Shown one piece after another: positions 49,140-59,731 of a DNA stretch of 59,731 nt. The position numbers and the translations under genes are program-made. Under the pieces are notes generated by a model, which saw only the letters and a list, made by a program, of their open reading frames with translations, was not told where the DNA came from and did no database searches. Every line of letters starts with the position of its first letter. The stretch's first letter is position 1. Source of the stretch: Octopus bimaculoides (Eukaryota); the NCBI RefSeq assembly GCF_001194135.2, contig NC_068984.1:49933016-49992746 (forward strand). Reading direction: 5' to 3'.

Positions 49140-50520
49140 TGTTGGTGTATGACGTTTGATGTCCTTGGCTGTTATGAGAACGACTGTTTCTGATGAGTAA
49201 ATGTGGTTGTAGGGCTTTTTATGATGCCTAGTGGAATATGTTTCTTTTTTTTTATTATTTTAATATGTTCATAAAGAGTAATTTATTGAATGTTTATATT
49301 GTCAATGAATTTGTTGTTGAGTAGGGGTTTTGTTGAATTCTGAAGACCTTAACTCTTTTATTGGAGACCCCGCACTACTGTGCTCTTTTGAAGTTTTGCT
49401 TAAGTCTAGTTTTGCTTCCTTCATTAATTTGTGTGGTCTTCATAATTGGTAAGGGATCTGTGTAAAATTGGAGAATTCTTTTACTAAATTGTTGTGGTAA
49501 TTATTGTGGATCGGAATGTGATGCTTAAGGAAGAATTGCTGTAGTTAGTTTTGGTAACATACTTGTATTAAGTTTATGTTGGCGTAGTCTGTTTCGGATG
49601 TTTAGGGGTGATTCAGTTCTGTTACCTGATTTAATGATTAGAAATATTTTGGAATTTGAAGAGTATAAAATTGTTGTATTGGGGGTGTGTAACCATGTGA
49701 TATAATTAGTGAACTAGGTGCTGTTGTGCGTATATATGGTGAACTCTCCTTTCGTAGTCGAGACATAAGGGTTCTGCAACTTCTTGCGTGGCAACCTGCT
49801 CAGATGATTTGTTAATAGTGATCAAATGGTTGTGCTATACATCAGCTCACTCCTTCTATCAACGCACTGTTGTCAGGGAATCGAATCCAAGATCTAGCAA
49901 TCTTTAGCACAACACCGTAAGCACGAGGCCACGCGCCTTTGCATGTGTGTGTATGTGTGTATATGCATGTATGTATGTGAATATGTAAATATATGCATGT
50001 GTGTGCATACATACATGCATACATACGTACATGCATACATGCATACATGCATGCATACATGCATGCATACATACATACATACATACATACATACATACAT
50101 GCATATGAGTGTATATATAAGATATGTAGCTATTTTTTTTTAAACCATACATTTCTAGTGTAGTGTTGTGATCTATTAGTTTACAGGTATCATAGGTAAT
50201 ACCTCTGTACTGAATGCCTAATATGATCTGAGTGTAATTAGAAAATGCATTGTTCTGTACAGCCATAGTGAAAATATTTCCTGAATTATCTTCTCGTGCA
50301 CGACGTTTGGGATGATAAAATCATTTGGTTCCATACGAAAAGGTGTTTTTAATTCAGTAAATATTGTATTTCAGAAGTTTTAGAAGTCTATATCATGTTT
50401 ACACTGTTTTACGTGAGGAAAGTTTCTCTTTAAATGGTTTCTGTGTAGGAATGTGAGATTAGGAAAGGAGATAAATAACTGTACTTCCTGGTTTTATCGT
50501 TGCTCTTGTTATTAATATTT
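49140..50520 (-). mobile_element. Decayed Penelope-like RT and linker, interrupted by a SINE head and a (TACA)n tract
   Basis: Minus strand AVQNNAFSN...IQYRGITYDT (cf. LxNNYF...QxxGxAMGT) at about 50170-50270; RGYP-like and linker-like remnants at 49400-49780. Confidence 0.5.
49830..49940 (-). mobile_element. Short tRNA-headed SINE fragment
   Basis: Reverse complement ggcgcgtggcctcgtgcttacgg...ggattcgattccc has A- and B-box-like motifs. Confidence 0.6.
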
Positions 50521-50521
50521 A

Positions 50522-50705
50522 ATTCAAATTTTTGTATAAGGCCAGTAAGTTTGGGAAAAGGAATGAGTCAATTATATCGACCCCTAGGGCTCATCTGGTA
50601 GTTATTTTATCGACTCCGAAAGGATGTAAGCCAAAGGTGACCTCTTCGAAATTTGAACTCAGAACACGAAAACAGATGAAATGCCGCTATCAGTTCGCCG
50701 CTTTA
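50522..50705 (-). mobile_element. SINE family C
   Basis: atcgacccctagg...tatcgactccgaaaggatg...atttgaactcagaac...aatgccgct. Confidence 0.85.
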
Positions 50706-50809
50706 TGTTGTTGCTAATATTAATATTGTTCAGCTCTATATTTAAGAGATGAGGAATTATGTATATTATTTACAATTGACGGGTATTTGTCCTCATCTTG
50801 TTTGTTGTT

Positions 50810-50855
50810 AACACAACGTTTCGGCTGATATACCCTCCAGCCTTCATCGGGTGTC
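50810..50855 (-). ncRNA. Hammerhead-like motif with U4-to-C core variant, left arm
   Basis: Exact reverse complement of 50972-51017. Confidence 0.6.
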
Positions 50856-50971
50856 TTGGGGAAATTTCGAATGATGATAATAATAATAATAATAACAATA
50901 ACAACACCACCACCAACAACAACATCAAAAATACCTTAGGAATGAGAACCCAGGTTCGAAATTTCCCCCAA

Positions 50972-51017
50972 GACACCCGATGAAGGCTGGAGGGTATATC
51001 AGCCGAAACGTTGTGTT
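50972..51017 (+). ncRNA. Hammerhead-like motif with U4-to-C core variant, right arm
   Basis: GACAC-CCGAUGA-A-GGCUG-gagggtatat-CAGCC-GAAA-C-GUU-GUGUU; stems I and II pair fully. Confidence 0.6.
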
Positions 51018-51082
51018 AACAACAAACAAGATGAGGACAAATCCGTCAATTGTAAATAATGTAAATAATTAATATTGTTATT

Positions 51083-51296
51083 ACGGCAGCGAACAGGCTG
51101 AATCGTTAGTAAGCTGGGCTTAGAGACAATTCGTCTGTCTTTTTATTCCAAGTTCAAATTTCGTCGTGGTCGACTTTGCTTTTCATCCTTTCGGGGTCCA
51201 TAAAATAAGTACCAGATGAGCACTAAGGGGTCGATGTAATCAACTTAAACTCGCTTCCGAAATTTTTGGCTTTGCTCCAAAATTTGATACCGATAT
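51083..51296 (+). mobile_element. SINE family C
   Basis: gtggtcgactttgcttttcatcctttcggggtccataaaataagtaccag...ggggtcgatgtaatcaact. Confidence 0.85.
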
Positions 51297-51466
51297 AGAT
51301 ACAATTACTGCTTCGGTAATGTGGTGTACTTTTGTAGTGGTCTTGTGAATGATATTGTTTGAGCTTGAAAGCATTTATTTATCAATAGTTTTTGAGTACT
51401 CATAGGCAAACTGGGACCCGCGGGACTTTCTGAATGGTACGCGTACTGAAGAATCCTGCAACTCAC

Positions 51467-51613
51467 GTGATGATGTGCCGTGTCTCATGCAGCCCGCTTC
51501 CTTAAAAAAGTTACCCGGGACTGTTTTGAAAACTGTTTCCCGGTCGTGGTTTCTCTCATTCTCCGAAAGCTTTCGCACGTGGTAGAAATAATTATGTACT
51601 AATTCAACATCGT
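51467..51613 (-). CDS. Candidate internal coding exon (147 nt, symmetric phase 1), unidentified
   Basis: GC/CpG-rich island in AT-rich DNA; ttcag acceptor and GTGAGT donor; reads DVELVHNYFYHVRKLSENERNHDRETVFKTVPGNFFKEAGCMRHGTSS within ORF 51375-51680. The polypyrimidine tract is weak and the antisense frame is also partly open. Confidence 0.3.
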
Positions 51614-51660
51614 CTGAACAGAATTCTAAACGTGACCACCCCGTTTCATTTTCTTGTACA

Positions 51661-51830
51661 TTGGTTTTAAATTTTGGCATAAGACCAGTAATTTCGGGAA
51701 GGAGTTAAGTCGATTAGATCGATCTAGTGTTCCACTTGTACTTATTTTATCGACCCTAGAAGAATGAAAGCTGACCACAGCGGAATTTGAACTCAGTACA
51801 CAAAGACGAGCGAAATGACGCTAAGCATAT
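51661..51830 (-). mobile_element. SINE family C, diverged
   Basis: ttaagtcgattagatcgat...cttattttatcgaccctagaagaatgaaag...cggaatttgaactcag...cgctaagcat. Confidence 0.82.
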
Positions 51831-52131
51831 TATAACCAATATTTGTTTATTACTCATAATTTTCGGTTATGAGATTTTTAAAGAAAATTTAGCAGAAATC
51901 TCTTGTAGAAAGAAGTTTCTTCATTTACTCATGATGTTGTTGTTGATGATGATATGGTGTTGCTATAAATAAACTGTTATCGATGGCAATTATGATAGCG
52001 ACTATGATGTTGATAGAGATGGTAGGACAATAGATGTCGGCATCATTACTGTTGTTTACATTTGTGGTGTGCCATTATTGTGCCACCCTCTGCTGTTTTG
52101 GTGCTATTGTTATTATTAGTACACACACACA

Positions 52132-52190
<59 letters not shown>

Positions 52191-53188
52191 GTGTGTTTGT
52201 GTGTGTGAGTACACCGAAAACGAAAATAAGAAAAAAAATCAGCTTAAGAGTTAACAAGCAGAGAAAGCGCGGGAAAATGGAGTCTCGTGTCATTGCCTGA
52301 TTCGTCTGTATGGCAGACTATGCAATAACTACCACCAAACCGCTGCAACCAACAACATCATAACAACCAGTAACTTCACCACGACAATCACTGCGTTCAC
52401 CACCACCACCACCACCACCACCACCACNNNNNNNNNNNNNNNNNNNNNNNNNNNNNNNNNNNNNNNNNNNNNNNNNNNNNNNNNNNNNNNNNNNNNNNNN
52501 NNNNNNNNNNNNNNNNNNNNNNNNNNNNNNNNNNNNNNNNNNNNNNNNNNNNNNNNNNNNNNNNNNNNNNNNNNNNNNNNNNNNNNNNNNNNNNNNNNNN
52601 NNNNNNNNNNNNNNNNNNNNNNNNNNNNNNNNNNNNNNNNNNNNNNNNNNNNNNNNNNNNNNNNNNNNNNNNNNNNNNNNNNNNNNNNNNNNNNNNNNNN
52701 NNNNNNNNNNNNNNNNNNNNNNNNNNNNNNNNNNNNNNNNNNNNNNNNNNNNNNNNNNNNNNNNNNNNNNNNNNNNNNNNNNNNNNNNNNNNNNNNNNNN
52801 NNNNNNNNNNNNNNNNNNNNNNNNNNNNNNNNNNNNNNNNNNNNNNNNNNNNNNNNNNNNNNNNNNNNNNNNNNNNNNNNNNNNNNNNNNNNNNNNNNNN
52901 NNNNNNNNNNNNNNNNNNNNNNNNNNNNNNNNNNNNNNNNNNNNNNNNNNNNNNNNNNNNNNNNNNNNNNNNNNNNNNNNNNNNNNNNNNNNNNNNNNNN
53001 NNNNNNNNNNNNNNNNNNNNNNNNNNNNNNNNNNNNNNNNNNNNNNNNNNNNNNNNNNNNNNNNNNNNNNNNNNNNNNNNNNNNNNNNNNNNNNNNNNNN
53101 NNNNNNNNNNNNNNNNNNNNNNNNNNNNNNNNNNNNNNNNNNNNNNNNNNNNNNNNNNNNNNNNNNNNNNNNNNNNNNNNNNNNNNNN

Positions 53189-53189
<1 letters not shown>

Positions 53190-53220
<31 letters not shown>

Positions 53221-53238
53221 CGATAGACATAGTTGTAG

Positions 53239-53282
<44 letters not shown>

Positions 53283-53505
53283 ACACACACAAATACTCAC
53301 ACTCACATATACACTCACACACACCTATTATACACTGCCCGTTGGTTACAAACTATAATTCAGCCTATCAGTGCCTGTATACCTAGTCAAGTAACGTTTT
53401 TAACATCTCAATCTTTTTAGTTTCATTTCCTGACGGTGACATTATTAGACCCTTCCAATCTTGACAATTATTTCTGTCTCACCCTAATGTCTCTCTCTCC
53501 CCCTT

Positions 53506-53547
<42 letters not shown>

Positions 53548-53650
53548 CTCTCTTTATCATTTTCATTCATTCTCTTTTTCACGTCGTCCGTGTCTATCAT
53601 CTATGTGTGTGAGAATCTGTGTCTCTGGGTGTCTGTGCTTGTGTCAGTGT

Positions 53651-53695
<45 letters not shown>

Positions 53696-56172
53696 TGAGT
53701 ACCTATCTTTTTATTTGTTTATTTGTATACAGACACACAGACACGCTGTCAGAAACCCACATACATACACATACACACAGAGATACACAAGCGAACACAC
53801 ACATATATGTATGCATGCATGTATGTGAATATACGTATGTATTGATATGTATATATGTGTATATTCATATCTATAGATATGTATGTATATAAATGTGTAT
53901 ACAAACACACACACATATACATACATACATATATAATACCTATCTATTTATCTGTCTGTGAGTCTGTATATCTATCTATCGAAATGTGTGTGTATGTGGA
54001 TGTGTACACATGACCACGCACACACACACACACACGCGCGCGCGCAGACATGCACACAGATACACACACATACACACACACGCATGCGCGCGCGTAGTGT
54101 ACCTTTGTGCTTCTTCATTATTGCCAATTCCTGGCAATGTTTTAAATGTTCGAAAACGAATTTAGAGGACTTCTTTCTGCAGGATGACTAACTGCCTGAG
54201 GTGGGGGAATGAGGTGGGAATTGCTGGGGAATGAATATGACATAAGTTCAGAAAAACAAGGAGGGTGGCGGTGAAGGTGTAAGTGCATATTGATGTGGGC
54301 GGTGGTGGTGGTGGCGGCGGGAGAGTGATTGCATTGAATGAGTTATGTGAACGCGAAAAGGAAATAAAAAGACGAGGCGGAGATCGGTGGTTTGTAAGGC
54401 AAGGCACTACAGATGAGAAAGCTGGGGGGGGTGAGAGGAAAGATGAAAGTGAGAATGACAGGATGAGAGACAGAAAAGTCAAGAGAGAACGAAAGACAGA
54501 GAGGGGGGAAAGGGAGAGAGTGAGAGAGAAAGAGGAAGAAAGAGAGGGAATTGAGAGGAAAAAATCTGAGACAGAAACGCGTCGTGAAGTATAAGAGAAT
54601 TAATGAAAGAAATGCTGGGAGATATACGCAAACACATATAAATATGCACACGTACACACAATCACACTGACACAAATACACATTTACATACACCTGTGAG
54701 TATGCGGATACGCACACACCTACACACACATATATATATATACACATACACACACATATATCTATCTATCTAACTATCTATCTATCTATCTATCTATATA
54801 TNNNNNNNNNNNNNNNNNNNNNNNNNNNNNNNNNNNNNNNNNNNNNNNNNNNNNNNNNNNNNNNNNNNNNNNNNNNNNNNNNNNNNNNNNNNNNNNNNNN
54901 NNNNNNNNNNNNNNNNNNNNNNNNNNNNNNNNNNNNNNNNNNNNNNNNNNNNNNNNNNATATATATATATATATATATACACATATATATACACATATAT
55001 ATACACATATATATATACACATGTATGTGGATATATAAGTACACATGTATGTATATGTATGTATAAATATATGTATTTATCTGTATCTATATATCTATCT
55101 ATTTATCTATCTATATCTTTATGTATTATACACATACGTAATCATGTATATATACATATATATATACACATACATACATACATACATACATACCCCCCCC
55201 CCCCACACACACATACACTCACACACATATATAAAACAATAACAAAATGAGAAACTAAGAAAGTGATGAAGAATAAAACGAAAAGACAGAGATTGCCGTT
55301 TAGAGAGGAAGGCAAATATAGACAAAGAGAAAGAGACAGAGAGCGTGCGTGCGTGCGTGAGTGAGCAAGTGAGCGAGAGACAGAGGAAAAGAAAGAGAGA
55401 AAGAGAATTAGACAAAGGAAAGGAAAGAAATACAGAGGCTTACAAAAAAAAAAGGCGGGGGGTGGGGGTGATAGAAAGAATTGCAGTGTGTGGGTGTTTA
55501 TGTGCGATAGATAGAGCGCGAGTGATGTGGCAGAGACAGAGATAGGCAGGAAAGCAGATAGGCAGACAGACAGACGAAAAGAGAAATAACATATTTCAAA
55601 TGAGAAACGAAAAAGAAAAACAAAATGCAAGTAGACGGAGACAAGCAGATAGAAAGGAGTGCTAGAAGCCAGAAAATCAAGAGCAAGAAGGGACTGAGAA
55701 AAGGAGAGATGAATGAGAAGATTGCGCGGAGGAAGCGGTTGGAAATTGAAGAACATGGAAATAATAGAAGAAAGCTATAAGCAAAGTAAGAGGGGGAGAG
55801 AAAGAGAGAAAAAGGTAGAAATTGTAACATATGAGGAAATTATGTAAATTGTTATGTGTGAAAGGGAAGAATAAGTCAAGTTATTATCAGAATTATAAGG
55901 AATATAATAATGCATAAGGAATATATAAGAAATATAATGCATACGCACATAGACACGCGCGTATACATTAAACATAGACATACACAGACACACTTGCACG
56001 CGCATATACATAGATTCATATATGCACACGCACACAAATGCACTCATGCACACATTTACAAATATACACACGTATAATGGAAAAGAGAGAGGGGGAGGGG
56101 TGAGAGGAAGATAGGGCGATACAAACATAACGAGTATAAGATGTAGCGGCACTCATTATATATGTATATATA
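53190..56172. repeat. Low-complexity block: CA/TA/TG microsatellites and long purine-rich (AG) tracts
   Basis: Seen directly; AG-rich runs at about 54340-54600 and 55240-55830. Confidence 0.9.
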
Positions 56173-57487
56173 NNNNNNNNNNNNNNNNNNNNNNNNNNNN
56201 NNNNNNNNNNNNNNNNNNNNNNNNNNNNNNNNNNNNNNNNNNNNNNNNNNNNNNNNNNNNNNNNNNNNNNNNNNNNNNNNNNNNNNNNNNNNNNNNNNNN
56301 NNNNNNNNNNNNNNNNNNNNNNNNNNNNNNNNNNNNNNNNNNNNNNNNNNNNNNNNNNNNNNNNNNNNNNNNNNNNNNNNNNNNNNNNNNNNNNNNNNNN
56401 NNNNNNNNNNNNNNNNNNNNNNNNNNNNNNNNNNNNNNNNNNNNNNNNNNNNNNNNNNNNNATATATATAAATGTTTCTACGTTTGTATATAAATAGATA
56501 TGTCCATACAAGTACACACAAATACTAAATGAAGACAGTATAGCTTATGAATGTAGTTGTGAATTCCTTATAAATTCGATCTTCCTTTCCCTGTTGCCAT
56601 AAATGCACTTTAGTGCATGTAGTCTTATGTCCCAATTTTACAATATTACATATCTAATACATGCATAAATGTATCTGTCTCATGAACTTTACATTAAAAG
56701 TGGCTGAGTTAATGGCTGAAATATCAGTCATAAAAACTCAAGATAGCAGACGACTTTACAATATTTCTTCCGAATGTTTTTCCTTTTACATTTAGTATTT
56801 TTCTCCTATTTTCGTTATTTTTCGTTTTATATCTATTTTACCTCTGGCGTTTCGTTTTTTTCTTCTTTAATATATTTCTTTCTATACTTTCCAAATAAAA
56901 AACACACAATGCAATAAGGCATTGAATAGCAAAGACGTTTTTTAAGGAATAAGTACTTGAATGGACCAAGAGATTAATGAATGAACACAGGAAGGAACTG
57001 AGAGAAAATATAGAGATGCTTTGTGGTTATTTCTCTTTTAGCAGGCTCAGCAAAATTTCAGCTTCCTTTTAGTTTTCTGAATAATGTCCTACGCATCATC
57101 TTTTTGTCGACGGCCACCTTGTTGCCTTTTTGTAACTACCTTTAAGTCAGTTTCTTTCTGACCATCTGTCTCTCTGTCTGTCAGTCTATCCCTGTCTCTG
57201 GATCTTTCTTTCTCTCTCTCTCCCTTATGCATGTATNNNNNNNNNNNNNNNNNNNNNNNNNNNNNNNNNNNNNNNNNNNNNNNNNNNNNNNNNNNNNNNN
57301 NNNNNNNNNNNNNNNNNNNNNNNNNNNNNNNNNNNNNNNNNNNNNNNNNNNNNNNNNNNNNNNNNNNNNNNNNNNNNNNNNNNNNNNNNNNNNNNNNNNN
57401 NNNNNNNNNTATATGTATGTATGTATGTATACGTATGTATGTATATGTGTATATATGAGTGTATATAGCTATATATGTATGTATATA

Positions 57488-57523
<36 letters not shown>

Positions 57524-57539
57524 TGTATGGATCTATCTA

Positions 57540-58215
57540 TCGATCGAAAGAAAAACGTTAAACACAATGAGAAACGAAAACAAAAACGAAAACAGAAAAT
57601 GAACTTTTTCGAACAACGAAAAAAACCCCCAGAGAAACGTAACATGCAATATAAAGAGTGTATCTCTTCGTCAGTTGTCCCTGTTCCATCTACTCCGCGT
57701 TTCGAAGGCAAGGACAATACGCGACTTCGTTGGAACAGTCCTTCCCGCAAAGCAAATTAAATAAAAATTATTCTGAACGCTAGGTAGACGTGCCATGAGA
57801 GACGAGACAGAAAAAACACGTCTTTTCTTTAGGAAGGCAGTGGTCAGAAAGAGAGATCCCCCTTCGTCACATGCTGTATCTTTTTTTATTTTTGTGGAGA
57901 GAAACTGAGTTTTTCTTCTTTTTTGAGCGTTTTTTTCTTCTTTTTGGCGTTTTTTCTTCTTTCTAAAGGATAATCAGCTGTGGGTTATATTTTTAATGAG
58001 TTCGCTTTCCTTATTCAATCGAAATTGGGTCGAAATGTTTCCGGTGCATTGATAAAGAGGGAAGATTTGGTATTTCGGGTTCATGTTTGCAGAGCTTTGG
58101 TCTAGGTGTTTACTTACGGGAATTTTCCTAGTCGCGGTTCCTGGATTTGTTGCCTGCGTACCTTCAGCCTGTCTCCACCATACACCCACATTTGAGAACA
58201 TAGATTAAGTTCTTC
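57540..58215 (-). mobile_element. Penelope-like 3' fragment, same family as 28530-29345
   Basis: ORF 57974-58201 TRKIPVSKHLDQSSANMNPKYQIFPLYQCTGNISTQFRLNKE aligns with TRNIPVSNHLDQCTTNINLKYQIFPLYHCTGNTSTQLSLNKE. Confidence 0.8.
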
Positions 58216-58587
58216 GATGCACAGGTGAATGATTTTTTATGGGAAAAGTTTGACCTGGCTTAAATTTATATGTTGAGCCCTCCAAGACGTAGATACAAGT
58301 CCTGCAGTTATACTGAAATATTCATCGTCTGAATGTCTTCCATCTTGCTTTCTCGCGTTATGCATGTATATGTATATACATATTTTGTATTTCATACCGT
58401 AGCTGTTATATTTAATATATTTAATTAGTTTATCCGCATAATTGCCTCCATATCTGCTCAGCTTGATTCCTTTTATAGTCATTCTTTACCCTGCAAAATT
58501 AATGCCGTGTAAAGACATCGAAGTTTGAGTTTGAATCTTTTGAGCACAACTGTCTTCAATACTGAGAATCTCTGGATCTGAACTGTT

Positions 58588-58622
<35 letters not shown>

Positions 58623-58849
58623 ACAGGAATGGCAACAAAAGAAAGAAAGAAACCTCGATATTATGCAAATAGAGGAATTTATCTGTAAAAATATGACACT
58701 TATTCAGTAGCCATGATAAAGCTCCGAGTTTCGGATGCCAGGGCGGGGGGTCCACTCCAACATCTCTTCAGTTATCCAGCGACTGGAAGTTCCTTTGAAA
58801 AATGACCGTTAAACACACGCACATATACATAAACACACATGGTTTTGCC

Positions 58850-59230
58850 CTCTTCAAAGATAGAAAGACCATCTCAAGCAACGCTGAAGGTTACTAGAAC
58901 TGAGCCTAAATCGTTTGAAACACAAGCCCGAGACTGTACCAAGTGGCGCGTTCCATCACCATCAGGAACAAAAACTTCGCAGCCACCAGAAGAGAAAATG
59001 AAGAAATCAAATGACAGGAGAGATAGGCTCGACAAAATCAATCTCGTCCTCCACCAACATTGCCATGCAGTCAATGCCATGGACTCTTATATGCAAGAAT
59101 TGGTCCTCAGAGTCATCAATGGCGTCCCCGTAAAAGGAAGCGTTCAGCAAAAAAAGAAAATATATACAATAATCCCTCGCCACATCGCAGTTCGCCTATC
59201 GTGGTTCATCTATCACGGTTTATTATTTAA
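58850..59230 (+). mobile_element. RTE-clade LINE 3' fragment (ORF C-terminus and 3' UTR)
   Basis: ATLKVTRTEPKSFETQARDCTKWR...EEKMKK, then after a frameshift PPPTLPCSQCHGLLYARIGPQSHQ, matching the RTE WE..A.DR..WR and CxxC...RIGL.SH pattern. Confidence 0.78.
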
Positions 59231-59546
59231 ACTTACTTCGATTCCTCTGTGGCGTTGTTTTGCATTTATAATAAAATAAATGCAATAATAAAATAAATAT
59301 ATACAAAGTATTATATATATATATATATATAAACAATATATGAGTATATGCATATATATGTACATGTATGTATATACGTTCATCTACATGTACATATAGA
59401 TACATAACTGGGTACATGACGTGGCAAAAGAACAAGGACAAAATGGTAAACAAGGTGCAACAAACAAGCAGGCCACATAGAAACATCCCCTTCATCAGCT
59501 GCCACCATTAAAACTCCAGCGTTTCGAAGAATTATATATATATATG

Positions 59547-59578
<32 letters not shown>

Positions 59579-59731
59579 TATGTATATATTAATATTATCT
59601 TGGTTGAAAAACTTCGATAAGGCAAATATGTTAATAGTTACCAGGGTAGCAAAAGTCTCACAGAAACTGGGATATTATACCTGGTTAAGGGGTACAAATT
59701 CCATGTTAAAGTGATGTATTTGAGTTGATAT

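Larger units (their letters stand above)
50731..51067. mobile_element. Fold-back Penelope-type pLTR insertion: inverted arms of about 116 bp, 83-bp spacer, 12-bp TSD
   Basis: Arms 50755-50871 and 50955-51070 differ only by small indels and two terminal mismatches; TSD attaatattgtt at 50719-50730 and 51068-51079. Confidence 0.88.

Noticed and set aside
57665-57740. 8-bp stem with CTGACGA and GAAAC motifs as a hammerhead
   Set aside because: I could not build a consistent three-stem fold; at best a decayed remnant.
58839-59279. 146-aa ORF as a host gene
   Set aside because: Explained by a frameshifted RTE C-terminus.

Overview
Eukaryotic, AT-rich, draft-assembly DNA with many N gaps. There is no prokaryotic gene structure, CRISPR array, rRNA or standalone tRNA gene. 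The SINE families and dense microsatellites point to a coleoid cephalopod, most likely an Octopus scaffold (inference, not a database result). Most listed ORFs are artefacts of microsatellites or gaps. Recognisable content: (i) a HERO-type non-LTR fragment at the left edge; (ii) a nested Penelope-RT / Tc1 / L1-Tx1 block at 6.5-10.3 kb; (iii) several decayed Penelope-like element (PLE) pieces with RT or GIY-YIG motifs; (iv) about 30 tRNA-headed SINE copies or fragments, which I label families A-E, several with clear target-site duplications (TSDs); (v) an RTE 3' fragment near the right edge; (vi) weak hints of a host gene (RFX X-box plus CCAAT box, two candidate exons). The most interesting signal is a set of minimal type-I hammerhead ribozyme motifs in PLE terminal repeats. 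One has an intact core (35264-35298, minus strand). Another is a TSD-flanked fold-back insertion carrying two opposed hammerheads with the same core substitution (50731-51067), itself bracketed by inverted SINEs. Hammerheads in PLEs are known in general, so any novelty would lie in this family and architecture. I found no convincing wholly new system.
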